Assembly (NCBI GenBank): GCA_963815115.1
Contig: CAWFFN010000002.1
Span: 1-45,813, forward strand
Origin: an uncultured delta proteobacterium
Lineage (GTDB): Bacteria; Desulfobacterota; Binatia; DP-6
Reading direction: 5' to 3'
DNA: 45,813 nt
Shown here: positions 1 through 10,247 of the stretch, in pieces
Layout: every line of letters begins with the position of its first letter
Position numbering within the stretch: position 1 is the first letter of the stretch
Notes under the pieces: generated by a model
The model's input: the letters and a program-made list of their open reading frames with translations, nothing else
The model's database searches: none
What the model was told of the DNA's origin: nothing
Translations under genes and position numbers: made by a program

Positions 1-1364
1 GAGGCCGCCGAGTTCGGGACGAAGCCGCGGCCGCCGAAGAGCGCGATGCTCTGCAGCATGTTCGGGAACGCGCCGGTCCGCTGCGCCTGGGTGCCGTCGG
101 TGGCGCCGTCGGCGAAGATCGTGCGCGGGGCATCTCCCGCCGTCGTGTTCACGAACGTTCCGCGGGCGAAGTTGAAGCCCGTGTCGGCGATCGGCGCGAG
201 AACCACCTGGCCGACCACGGCGTTGGTCGCGGTCGACACGACGTCGACGACGGCCTCGCGCGAATCGTCGAAGATGCCTTCGCCGACCACCGGCTGGCCG
301 TTGGCTCCCGTCGGGAAGGCCGCATTGGGTCCGTCGGTCCCTCCCAGGTTGGCGGTGCTCGGTGGCACGAACCCCGTCCGCGGACGGGCGAAGAAGTTCG
401 GCACGTACAGCGTCTCGTCCAGGTCGTCCGCGTCGCCGTCGTTGGTGATGGCCAGCGCGCGCGGGCTGCGGCCGACCGGGATGGTCGCGGTGACGGTGTT
501 GGTGCTCGTATCGATCACCTGCACGGCGTTGTCGTTGGCGTTGGCGACGTAGACGAACCGGCCGTTCGGGGAGGAGACGATGGCCTGGGGCTCGGTCCCC
601 ACGTCGACCGTCGCGACGATCGCGAAGCTCTCCGTGTCGATGACCGACACCGTGCCGTCCACGGTGTTGGCGACATACGCCCACGGCTTGCTCACCAGGG
701 TCGCAACCGAGCGCGGCTCCTTGCCCACCGGGACCTCTTGCAGCTTGGTGAGGAGGCCGTCGTCGCCGATCTGGAAGAACGACGCGGTGTCGGTATCGGT
801 ATTGACCGCCACGACCTTGCGGCCGTCCGGGGTGATCTCGATGGGGCTGGACTTGTCGGCGCGGGTCGGCAGGCACTGACAGGCGTCGTTGCAGGCCTCT
901 CCGGCCTGGCAGCCCGTTGCGCTGCCGTCACACGCCTCGCCATTTCCGGTATCGACGACTCCATCGCCGCACACCGAGGTCGCGGCGCTGAAGTCCGCCG
1001 GCGCCTTCCCCTTGGTCCTGAGCGTTCCCGTCAGGACGGAGCAGTCCTGGGCGATGAGCGCCTTGACCCTGACCTTGGCGTTGACGCCGGTGCACTGGCC
1101 CTTCGGGAAGACGACCACGACCGCCGTCCCCTTCTTTTGCCGGCGCAACCTCGCGTGACGCGCCTGACAGAGCGTCCCGATCGCCACGTTGCGGTTCTCC
1201 AGGACGACGACCTCGCCGCCCGGTCCGAGCAGCGGTGCGCCCGAGACCGCGAAGCGTCCGGCGGTGCAGAGGGGCGGCCTGGGTGCCGCGTTCGCGCCCG
1301 GGACCTCGGCTGCCATGAATGTTGCGGCCAGTGCGAACAGTAGGAGCTTCGAGCCGGTCGACAT
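1..1364 (-). CDS. Secreted YVTN/YncE-type beta-propeller protein with Cys-rich repeat (3' part runs off window)
   Basis: Not in the ORF track because it has no stop in the window. Translated by hand from ATG 1364 (GGAG RBS): signal peptide MSTGSKLLLFALAATFMAAEVPGANA, then CGDGVVDTGNGEACD (Myxococcus-type Cys-rich repeat), then blades AYVANTVDGTVSVIDT, FVYVANANDNAVQVIDT and VGRSPRALAIT. Confidence 0.85.
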   Translation of the reverse strand, partial: MSTGSKLLLFALAATFMAAEVPGANAAPRPPLCTAGRFAVSGAPLLGPGGEVVVLENRNVAIGTLCQARHARLRRQKKGTAVVVVFPKGQCTGVNAKVRVKALIAQDCSVLTGTLRTKGKAPADFSAATSVCGDGVVDTGNGEACDGSATGCQAGEACNDACQCLPTRADKSSPIEITPDGRKVVAVNTDTDTASFFQIGDDGLLTKLQEVPVGKEPRSVATLVSKPWAYVANTVDGTVSVIDTESFAIVATVDVGTEPQAIVSSPNGRFVYVANANDNAVQVIDTSTNTVTATIPVGRSPRALAITNDGDADDLDETLYVPNFFARPRTGFVPPSTANLGGTDGPNAAFPTGANGQPVVGEGIFDDSREAVVDVVSTATNAVVGQVVLAPIADTGFNFARGTFVNTTAGDAPRTIFADGATDGTQAQRTGAFPNMLQSIALFGGRGFVPNSAA

Positions 1365-1376
1365 AACGGTCTCCTG

Positions 1377-1458
1377 GCGCCTTTCGAGGCGCACACGCTG
1401 CGACCGGCGCCCCCTGCACCGGTCGAATGGGCAAGAGCCTACGACCTTCGGTCGAGGC
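1377..1458 (-). promoter_or_regulatory. Three consecutive hairpins in the leader of the beta-propeller gene
   Basis: GCGCCT-TTCG-AGGCGC (1377-1392), CGACCGG...CCGGTCG (1401-1425) and GCCT(A)CGACC-TTC-GGTCGAGGC (1437-1458). Confidence 0.35.
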
Positions 1459-1645
1459 GGAACTCGGGCCAGTCTCTCACATGGACGGCGTTCCGATAGC
1501 CCTGGAGTCAATGTTCCCCCGGACCGCCCTCGCGCAGCGCGTCGGATGCGGTGAGGGGGGGAAAGTGGGCCTCGGCTCGTCTCAACAGCCACCCTACGCC
1601 CGAGACCGCGGACCGGATGCATTGCAGGCAGGGGCGGCTGCCCGC

Positions 1646-2791
1646 CTATCGCTCTCTCCCGAGGAGTCTCGGGCCAAGGAAGGCGAGCCACGCGGCCGTC
1701 CCCACGAGCCAGGCCGCGGCCGCCGCGCCGAGATGGGGGAAGTAGGTCGCAGTCCAGTCGGCGGTGACGCGCCCCAGCATGGCGAGGATGAGGCCGGTCG
1801 CCATGACGATGATCGCCGCGGGTGATCCTTCGCGCTCCCGATCGAGGTTCAGGTGGCTCAGCGCCACGTGTGTCGCGACCCCGAATGCCAGGACGCCGAA
1901 GCCGCCGATGAAGAGAAGATGGAGCAGGGGGACCCGATAGTCGGGCCAGATGCCCGACAGCGCGAGCCCGGCCGGCGTGAGCCACACCCCGAGCCACACG
2001 AGCCGGCGATGCAGGCCTGGCCGGGCCGGGGGCCGCCACGCGCCACCGCCCAGCGCCAGCCCGATGGCGACCACCGTCGCCCGCAGGAGCGGTCCGACAC
2101 GTTCCCGGCCCGCCTGCTCGAGCAGGAAGCTCACCAGGATCAGGACGCCTGCGACGCCGTAGGCCCCGGCCTTGACGCGTTCGCGCGGCGACGACCCGAG
2201 GTCGGGAGGCGGCGGCGCCCCGGCCATGAGCGGCAGGACGAGTCCGCCGATCCCGACGACGAGGCAGAGAAACACGCCTTGCTCGACGAACAGCTTGCCC
2301 AGCCCGAGGGTCCACGCGGGCGCGCGGAGCGCCGACCACGCGAGGAGGAGCGCGGCGCCCGCGAGGCCGTGCAGCATCGCGAAGGGGATGAGGACGAACG
2401 CAGCCGGCGGCCGGCGACCGCTCGTGCGTCCGACGAAGCGCCGGACGGCGAACCGCAGCAGGAGGAGCAGCAGCGCAAGGTAGCCGATCTCGGCCACCGC
2501 CCATCGCTCGGCCAGGGCGGCCACGGTGGTCGTCACGAGCGCCACGGCGGCGATCCACAGCTCCGCGGCCGTCGCAGAGCTCGTCTGCGTGCGCCGCGGC
2601 AGCGCCGTCATGAGAAACCCGACCGCGAACGCCATCAGGAAGCCCTGGGTCTGCACCAGGCCGTGCAGCATGCAGGAGTAGGTGGCGGTGACCCCGATCG
2701 AGTAGAGGAGCCAGTGGCCGATGCCGACCCAGCCGAGAACCACGCCGAGCAGGAAGAAAGGACGGAACGGCTCGCTTCGCCATGGCAGCAT
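1646..2791 (-). CDS. nnrS: NnrS family membrane protein
   Basis: N-terminal 'EPFRPFFLLG', 'HGLVQTQGFLMAFAVGFLMTALPR' and 'LHLLFIGGFG...VATHVALSH'; polytopic hydrophobic, 381 aa. Confidence 0.85.
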   Translation of the reverse strand: MLPWRSEPFRPFFLLGVVLGWVGIGHWLLYSIGVTATYSCMLHGLVQTQGFLMAFAVGFLMTALPRRTQTSSATAAELWIAAVALVTTTVAALAERWAVAEIGYLALLLLLLRFAVRRFVGRTSGRRPPAAFVLIPFAMLHGLAGAALLLAWSALRAPAWTLGLGKLFVEQGVFLCLVVGIGGLVLPLMAGAPPPPDLGSSPRERVKAGAYGVAGVLILVSFLLEQAGRERVGPLLRATVVAIGLALGGGAWRPPARPGLHRRLVWLGVWLTPAGLALSGIWPDYRVPLLHLLFIGGFGVLAFGVATHVALSHLNLDREREGSPAAIIVMATGLILAMLGRVTADWTATYFPHLGAAAAAWLVGTAAWLAFLGPRLLGRER

Positions 2792-2859
2792 GGCCCGAGC
2801 ACCCAGTTCTCGGACATCGCGTCGCGGACATCAACGCCGCGCGGTCGGGCCTGCCGGGG

Positions 2860-3968
2860 TCAGCCGTTCTGCGTGACGCCGAGGTCGGCGGGCATTTGCG
2901 GGCTCCCTTCCCCTCGAGCGAGCGGGACGCCGTTGCGGGCCAGGAGGTCGCGCAGGGCGATGATCACGGGGTCGACGTCGTGATCGTCGGCCCGCTGAAG
3001 GTCGTAGGCCCGCTGCTCGGCTCGACCGCGGTGCGGTCCTCGGCGAACACGGACTCGGGAACCGCCGGATGACGGCCAGGGACATGAATCAACCCCGGGA
3101 TGGGCGGCTTCTGGATGATCAGCAGGCCCACGCTGATGTGGGTGCGCTGCTCCCGGTCGTAGGGCACGTAGGCGGCCCATAGATTGAACGCGGGGTCGTC
3201 CGTCCGCCGGGTAGAATGCTGAGGTCTGATACGGGTACTGGGTCCGGATCGTCATCAGATCGCCGGCCCTCCGGCCCCGGACGGCCGCCCTCTCTTCCGG
3301 CGTCCGGCCATCAGGAAGCTCGCCCCGCGATCTCCCTTGCCGGCGGTCCTCTTGAACCGGTATCGGGACTCCACCCAACCTTCCCCGTCCGGTGGTCGAG
3401 CAGCGTCGGCTTGATCGTCCCCATGATGCCCCGGTGAAAGAACTGATGGTTCATGTCCATCAGGTTCTCGTGCATGAACGAGTAGTGGCAGTCGACCTTG
3501 CGCCAGAAGTGCATCGTGCGGGCGTTCCGCGAATGGAAGACCGGCGATCGGGGCTTCCACCTCGCGCGCCTTCTCGCGGTCGCCCAGGAACACGAAGACG
3601 TGGCCGTAGTCTTCCTGGCAGGCGTAGCTTCTCACCCCGGCGGGCCGGCCGGCGTCCTCGGGGAGGTAGGGTACCGCCGCCAGCCGGCCGTGCGTTCGGT
3701 AGGTCCAGGCGTGGTAGGCGCACCTCAGGATCTCGCCACAGACGATCCCCTTGTGCAGCGGGAATCGGCGATGCGCGCAGCGATCATCGAGCGCGAAAAC
3801 CTCCCCGCCCTCGGTGCGCGCCAGAACGATCGGCTCGCCGGCGAAGGCCGCGAGGTGCGTCTTGCCGCGTTTCAGGTCCTTCGATCTCGCGAGCGGATAC
3901 CAGAAGTCCGGGTGAATACCGATCCGGCGGAGGTCCGGTTCGTTGCCCTGTCGGTTCTCGGGCTGCAT
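2860..3968 (-). pseudogene. Rieske [2Fe-2S] non-heme iron oxygenase alpha subunit with about five frameshifts (pseudogene or sequencing indels)
   Basis: ATG 3968; Rieske motifs CAHR...CAYHAW are in one frame, the mononuclear Fe motif ENLMDMNHQFFH in a second, and C-terminal pieces (DLMTIRTQYPYQ, FAEDR, EQRAYD) alternate among frames until the stop at 2860. Confidence 0.8.
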
Positions 3969-4122
3969 CCCTAGCCCCCCCTTCGCCATACCCCGCGGAC
4001 CTCGACAGCGAGCGCGCCAGCTCTGTATGCGCTCGTCTCGCCGAGCGTCAAGGCATCGTCGGCGTCGCCTCTCTTGACTCGCCGATTCATCCGCGTCCGA
4101 ACTGGGTCGGGGGGCATCCGCG

Positions 4123-4700
4123 ATGGGTGGCGAACGGTCGATACTGGGCAGCCTGGTCAAGGGAACGCAGCGCGTCGGGTGGGGGCTGGTGATTCTCGGG
4201 CTGGTGGCCGCGCTGGCGCCGATCGCGACCGGCGCCACGCTGGTGGTGGTGATCGGACTCGTGCTGCTCGCGGCTGCAGCGCTGATCGGGTTGTGGGGCT
4301 TGCGTACCCGGGAGACGGGCAGGGGCGACACGGGACTCGTCATCGCGGCACTGGCCGCCATCGCCGGACTCGTGCTGGTGGTCCAGCCCACGGCGGGTCT
4401 CTCGCTCGTCCGTGTCTTGCTGGTCGGCTACTTCCTTCTGAGCGGAGCAGCGGAGATCGCCACGGCGTGGGAGCTGCGCTCATGGGAGGACGACTGGAGC
4501 TCGATGCTGGCGTCCGGCGCCGTTTCCATCCTCGCGGGCGGCGCACTCTGGGCCGACTGGCCGATCTCCGGCGCGCGCGCGATCGGGCTCTTCGTGGGCG
4601 TGAAGCTGGCGTCGGTCAGCTGGGCCGTGGCGCGACTGGCTCGCCGCCTCGATTCCGTGGGCGATCGTGACGGCGGGGATCCGCGACCGCTTCCGTTGAT
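4123..4700 (+). CDS. HdeD/DUF308 family membrane protein (3' end uncertain)
   Basis: About 185 aa with six hydrophobic helices and 'WPISGARAIGLFVGVKL'. The ORF then reads on as implausible sequence antisense to the patatin gene, so the true stop seems lost near 4670-4700. Confidence 0.7.
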
Positions 4701-7525
4701 CCCTTGCCTCACCGATCCTTGCGGATGCCGTCCATCCGTGGACGTCGGCTGGCGCCGCTGCCGGAAGCGATCCCAGGCTTCGCGGATGCGGGCCTTCTTG
4801 TCGCCCTCGAAGTGGAGCGCGGCGACCTTGGCGACGATGTCGCGCCCGCGCCCAGCATCTCGAAGAGATTCGCCGCCGTGGGGCGGAGATCGAGCGTGTA
4901 GTCCGCGGCGAGCGACCCCTGGTCCTCGCCCGCCTTCCACCCGAGCACGAAGACGCCGCGCACCGTGTCCTCGAGCCGTTCCGACGATCTGCGCGGCAGC
5001 CGGTGACGTGACCCAGCAAGTCGAGGCGGACGGGCGCGGACGCGGGTGGCGGCGGGACGACGTTGGCTGCGATCACGAAATGCGCTCCCACCTCGCGGAC
5101 CACCCGCGACGGCACGTTCGCGATGAACGCGCCGTCCGCGATGCGATCGGAGCCCCGGAGCAGGGTCGGGAAGATCGGCGGCAGACTTCCCGACATGCGC
5201 ACACCCCACCCGACGGTGGCATGCGACAGGGCCAAGGGCTCGTGCGTGCCGAGGTTGGTGCCGACGGGGTAGAACGGAATCTCCGTCGTCCTCAGGCAAG
5301 GCGGATCACTCGAGAGGACACCGGCAGCGCGCAACTCGCCGTGTACGAAGGTCTCGATCACCGCGGACGAGAAGGGAGCGACGAACAGGGTCCGATTCAA
5401 TCTTCCGGTGGCGAGCGCCCGGATCGTCGGGCCGATACCAGGGCCCGAAGCCGAGTTCGCGTTCACGAGCAGGTCCACGGCCCGCATGCCGCCGACCGCG
5501 TACAGGCCGCCCACCACGGCACCGAACGACGTGCCCGCGATGTAGTCGATGGGGACGCCCTGCTCCTCCAGGTTCCGCAGGAGTGCCACGTGGGAGAAGC
5601 CCCACGCGCCGCCACCGCCGAGGGCCAGGCCCACCGTGTGCCGGTTGACGACCCGCGCCAGCCTGGCGAAGGCGCGCCCTAGCGGGGGGCGTGGTCCGTC
5701 CGGGCGCAGGAGCGCACCGAGGTCGCCCCGGTCGAACGTCTCGGCGCCGGCCGGGTCGTCGGGAACGCGGACCACCCGCCGCGGTCCCTGGACGGACTCG
5801 TGCCACAGCTCCTTGCCCGGGTCGAACCCGAGATACCATTCGATCGCCCGGCGGACGGGGTCGGGTGCGCCTTCGATCGCGCCGCCGAAGAGCCAGGCGA
5901 GCGGTACCCGCTTCGCGCGCTCCTCCTCGAGAGTCAGGTACGCGGGCGTCATGCGGTACACCCACGTCACGTGTTCGGGCTCTGCCGGCGGATATCCGGC
6001 GTCCGCGTCCTCGCAGAGGTAGAACACCTCACCGCAGCGACCATGGAGTCGCTCGAGCACCTGACTCGCGAGACCGTGGGCATCGCGCTCGCTTCCGGCC
6101 ACGACGATGTGGCTCACACCCTGCTCCGCCTCCAAGGCGTCGATGAGATCCTCCACCCGGTCCGCATCGGTGGCCTCCGGCCACACGACCTTCAACCCCG
6201 GTGGCCAGCCGGCCCTCGCGGGTGGCTCCAGAACGTGGCAGGTGAGCTCGGGTCGACGCCCGTGCGCGCGCCGTTTGCGCGGGCCCTCCTGGACGCACAC
6301 CTGCTCCGTCGTGATCGTGCAGCCACACGCGTCCCAGCGCGCGGCGAAATTCTTCGGTCCCTCCAGATCGATCACCTTGACGGTGCGTCCCCCCGAGCGC
6401 GCGAGCTCGGGCGGTGCCGTAGGCCAGGGCCGTCGCGCCGAGCCCGGGCCGAGCGGCATGGAAGCTGACGATCGTCGGCATCGGGTCCGCAATGCCGGCC
6501 GGATCGTCGGAGAGCATGCGCTTCACGCGGGACCACACGGCCGCGCGGTCGTCGAGAACCCAGCGCAGCGCGTACCAGTCGAGCTGCAGCACCTGCGCGT
6601 CGGGTGTGAGCCGGACCTCGGTTCGGCGAGGAGGCTCGACGACCTTCACGTCCTCCTGGGATGGATTTCGCAGCTCGGCGTCCATCACCAGCCCCTCGTG
6701 GCCGAAGAGGTCTCCGGGGCGCAGCGTGGCGACGTACTCGTTGCGTCCGGTGGTGCTCCCGGGGACCCGCAACGTGGCTTCGCCACGGAGCAGCAGCGCC
6801 GCCCGGGTGCTGGGCCTGCCTGCGGCAAGGTAGGAACCGACCTCGCTCCCCGGCGAAACGATGGCACCGAGCTGCAGGAGATATTCGCGGTCGGCCGGAT
6901 TCAGCAGGCGCAACAACGGATTCTTTCCCACGCACCGCATAATCTCGCTGCGCCGGGCGAAACGGATCGCGACGTGGTGCTCGACGAAACGCCGAAAGTC
7001 GGGATGGCTCTTCATGAGCGCGAGCGCGACGTCGAGTGCGATGCGCTGCGTACGCACGTTGCTCAACGCCTGGGCTTCGAAGCGGCCGCTGGGCCAGCCC
7101 ACCCGGCGATCGGCCTCACGAAGCAGGTTCGGCAGACCGATCCATTGCCCGGGCCGATACTGCGCGAGCACACGCCGGCGCTCCTCCCCGCCGCTCCGGA
7201 ACGTGGCCACGAGCCTGGCCCGACCTGCGACGAGGAGATGGATCGCTGCGTCGTTGCCCTCGCCCAGCTCGGGGAACACCGTGCCCGGCTCGAGATGCAG
7301 GTCGGGGTTCACCGGCGTCAGCGCGTCCAGGAGTGCCGCGACCGTCGTCTCGCCGAGGAGCGGATGAAGTTCCAGGGCCGCCGCCGTGATTTGCCGGTCG
7401 TCCTGGTAGAAGTCGTCGGGGTGGAGTGCGGCGTCGTACTGGCGCGTCGCGCCGGGAGACACGCTCACGCGCTGGAGGTACTCGGGGAGCTCGAAGGCCC
7501 ACGGATCGATCGGCGCCGGATTCAT
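4700..7525 (-). pseudogene. Two cNMP-binding domains + degenerate ParA/MinD-like segment + patatin-like phospholipase, split by frameshifts
   Basis: The 7525-6410 frame has cNMP-like motifs (HLLVAGRARL...PGQWIGL; LLLRGEATL...LRPGDLFGHEGL). After a shift near 6410 come GLALGGGGAWG, GTSFG (nucleophile Ser) and DGAFIANVP. Further shifts lie near 4990 and 4850; the 3' end is approximate. Confidence 0.75.
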
Positions 7526-7639
7526 CCTGGGGTGCTCGTCGCGGCCCGACTATACACGGCGGTACGCGACGTCGGGAAGGCGAGACGCCCTCGCTTCGGG
7601 TTGACCACGCAGTCTACCCGGCGGTAGAGCAAGAGCGCT

Positions 7640-8632
7640 GTGGCTGCTCCCAGAAAGACCGCGCTCTCGGTGCGCATCGCTGGGACCGGCAGCGTGATGC
7701 CCGGGCGGCCCGTGACGACTGCCGAGCTGGTCGCGCAGGTGGCGGGCCCGTGGGACGCGACCCGCGTGACGGAACGGACCGGCATCGCCGCCCGCCACTT
7801 CGTCGCGCCCGGCACCACCGCCGCCGTGCTCGGGGCGGCAGCTCTGCGCAGAGCCCTCGCGAGCGCTCGCATGCCGCCGGAGGCGGTCAGGCGCATCATC
7901 TTCGTCGACTCGCTCGGTGGCGACGCGCTCATTCCCGCGACGGCCAACGACGTCATGGCGGCGCTCGAGATCCGGGGCGCCTGCGACTGCTTCGATCTGA
8001 ACAACGCCTGCCTGGGATTCCTCTCGGCGTTCGACGTCGCGGCGCGCGGCGTGGCCACGGGACAGGAGGTCGTCGCCATCGTCGTCGCCGAGCTCGGGTC
8101 ACGCTTCATCACGCCCGACGATCCGCGCCCGTTCTTCGTCTTCGGGGATGGAGCCGCGGCCGTCGTCCTGACCGCGGGCGAGAACGGCGAGGGCATTCTC
8201 GGCTCCGTGCTGCGAAATCGGCCGGGCAATGCCGGCGGGGTGGTGCTCGCGCACCCCGGGCACACGGGAGCACGCGAGACGATTCGCTTCACGAAGCCGA
8301 ACGCCCGGATGCTCGATCTCGCCCTCGACCTCCTGCGTGACAGCACGGACGCGGTGCTCGCCGAAGCGGGGCTGCGCCTCGACGACGTCGAGTGGATCCT
8401 GCCGCATCAGCCGAACGGCGTCATGCTGGACGCGTTCGTCCGCGTCCTAGGCGTCGATGCGGGGCGGGTCGTGCCGGTCGTCCGCGAAACCGGCAGCGTG
8501 GGCGCCGCGTCGATCCCGATCAGCCTCGATCGCCTGATGTCCTCGGGCCGCGTCCGCTCCGGCGATCGTATCCTCATGATCGGCGTGGGCGCCGGCCTCT
8601 CCTCCGGGGCGACGCTCCTTCGAGCGGGGTGA
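7640..8632 (+). CDS. 3-oxoacyl-ACP synthase III (FabH)-like enzyme with atypical Cys-His-Ser triad
   Basis: RTGIAARH, DLNNACLGF (Cys), FGDGAAAVVL, PHQPN (His) and TGSVGAASIP where FabH has GNTSAAS. Confidence 0.9.
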   Translation: MAAPRKTALSVRIAGTGSVMPGRPVTTAELVAQVAGPWDATRVTERTGIAARHFVAPGTTAAVLGAAALRRALASARMPPEAVRRIIFVDSLGGDALIPATANDVMAALEIRGACDCFDLNNACLGFLSAFDVAARGVATGQEVVAIVVAELGSRFITPDDPRPFFVFGDGAAAVVLTAGENGEGILGSVLRNRPGNAGGVVLAHPGHTGARETIRFTKPNARMLDLALDLLRDSTDAVLAEAGLRLDDVEWILPHQPNGVMLDAFVRVLGVDAGRVVPVVRETGSVGAASIPISLDRLMSSGRVRSGDRILMIGVGAGLSSGATLLRAG

Positions 8633-9417
8633 TGGCGCCGAGTCGCCTTCCGCTCCGCCTCTGGCTCGGCTACTGGCGAGTGCTCCAGCGCTACCACCGC
8701 TACACCGTGAACGGCCTCGAGCACCTCGACGGCTCGCGCGCCGCGCTGATCGTCGGATACCACGGCCGCCCGTTCGCCTACGACATGTGCATGCTCACGG
8801 TCGCAATCTACGATCGCCTGGGCTACCTCCCCCACGGCGTCGTGCACCGGGGCATGAAGCACATTCCGATCCTGCGATGGCTGGTCGATGGGCTGGGCTT
8901 CGTCACCGGCGACGACGACGACGTCCGCCGAGCCGTGGCGCACGGCGAGCACATCGTCGTGACCCCCGGCGGCGCGCGCGAGGGCTGCCGCGGCTTGCGG
9001 AGCCGCTATCGCGTCGACTGGGGGGGCGGGGTCGGCTATCTGCGGCTCGCGCTCCGCCACGGGCTGTCCATCGTGCCGGTGGCGGCGGCGGGAGCCGACG
9101 GCGCCTACATCGGGCTGAACGATGCCGATCGGCTCGGGCGGCGGCTCGGTCTTCCCCGCGACTGGACGTGGATTCCCTGGCTCGGCCTCGGTCCGCTCGG
9201 CCCCTACCCCCTGTCGCCACCGTTCCCCGTCCGCATGCGGCAGCTCGTCGGCGAGCCCATCGATCCCCGGAGCGACGGACGGATATCGCTCGACGACCGC
9301 GCGGGTCTCCTTCGCCTGCACGCCCGCGTCCAGCGAGCCGTGCAGGAGCTGCTGGACCGCGCGCGGGGGACACGGCAGATCGGCATGCCCGAGGCGTCGA
9401 GACACGATGCCGCGTGA
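8632..9417 (+). CDS. Lysophospholipid/diacylglycerol acyltransferase (PlsC/DGAT2-like)
   Basis: ATG 8632 overlaps the upstream TGA; motifs GLEHL, YHGRPFAYD, TPGGARE and GYLRLALRHGLSIVPVA. Confidence 0.85.
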   Translation: MAPSRLPLRLWLGYWRVLQRYHRYTVNGLEHLDGSRAALIVGYHGRPFAYDMCMLTVAIYDRLGYLPHGVVHRGMKHIPILRWLVDGLGFVTGDDDDVRRAVAHGEHIVVTPGGAREGCRGLRSRYRVDWGGGVGYLRLALRHGLSIVPVAAAGADGAYIGLNDADRLGRRLGLPRDWTWIPWLGLGPLGPYPLSPPFPVRMRQLVGEPIDPRSDGRISLDDRAGLLRLHARVQRAVQELLDRARGTRQIGMPEASRHDAA

Positions 9418-10237
9418 AGCCGTCGGCGAGGGGCAGCGATGGGCGGTGATCCTCGGCGCCTCGACCGGAACGGGCGCGGCCATCGCCCGAGCGGTGGCGC
9501 GCGACCCCGGCCTGCACGTCTTCGGTGTCCATCGGGGGCACTTCCCGGACGAGGCCCGGGTGCTCGAGGACGAGATACGCGCCGTCGGCCGTCGAGTGTC
9601 GTTGCTGGTCGCCGATGCGGGTGATGCGGACGGCGCGCTCGCCGGTGCCGCGCACGTCCGCGAGGTGGCCGGGCCGCGCAGCGTGGGACTCATGGTGCAC
9701 GCCCTCAGCGGCGCCTCGCTCGGGCATTTTCTCGCCGTCGATGGCGCGGGACTGCATCCGAAGCAGTTCGAGAAGACGTTCAACTACCTGGCGCATTCCT
9801 TCGTGTACTGGGCGCGGGCGCTGCACGATCTCGACCTTCTCGCTCCGGGCGCCCAGATACTCGGCCTGACCAACCTCCTGCACGACTCTCTCCTCCACAA
9901 CTGCGGCCTCATCGCCGCGGCGAAAGCCGCCCTCCAGATGTACGTGCGCCACCTCGCGCTCGAGCTCGGTCCGCACGGCCATCGCGTCAACCTCCTCAAG
10001 TTCGGCTCCGTCGTGACGCCGGCGCTGGCACGGATGCTCGGGCCGGCAGGCGTCGAACGGCTCGAGTCGTCCGTGCGCGAGCTGATTCCTGCCGGTCGAT
10101 CGTGCACGTTCGAGGACGTCGGGCGCATCGTCGCGTTCCTCGCCCGCGACGAGGGGGAATGGTTCAACGGCGCGACGATCGACTACACCGGTGGGATGAC
10201 GCTCCGGCTCCTGGACGTCATCCTGCGGCCCGAGTGA
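9407..10237 (+). CDS. SDR oxidoreductase, enoyl-ACP reductase FabL/FabI-like, with C-x6-K in place of Y-x6-K
   Basis: ATG 9407 overlaps the previous gene; ILGASTGTG, NCGLIAAAKAAL, LALELGPHGHRVN, VVTPAL and NGATIDYTGG. Confidence 0.85.
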   Translation: MPREAVGEGQRWAVILGASTGTGAAIARAVARDPGLHVFGVHRGHFPDEARVLEDEIRAVGRRVSLLVADAGDADGALAGAAHVREVAGPRSVGLMVHALSGASLGHFLAVDGAGLHPKQFEKTFNYLAHSFVYWARALHDLDLLAPGAQILGLTNLLHDSLLHNCGLIAAAKAALQMYVRHLALELGPHGHRVNLLKFGSVVTPALARMLGPAGVERLESSVRELIPAGRSCTFEDVGRIVAFLARDEGEWFNGATIDYTGGMTLRLLDVILRPE

Positions 10238-10247
10238 GGTGCACGCC

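Noticed and set aside
1400-1490. Glycine riboswitch (GAGAGA...CCGAAGG on minus strand)
   Set aside because: The CTCTCAGG element and tandem aptamer are missing, and the downstream gene is unrelated.
2820-2836. FNR/NnrR box upstream of nnrS
   Set aside because: Only a TTGAT half-site is present; the second half does not match.
4123-5682. 519-aa HdeD fusion protein
   Set aside because: Beyond about residue 185 the ORF is antisense to the patatin domain and reads as shadow sequence.
4700-7525. Canonical CBASS (CapV) system
   Set aside because: No CD-NTase or Cap2/Cap3 genes; the patatin is NTE/RssA-like.
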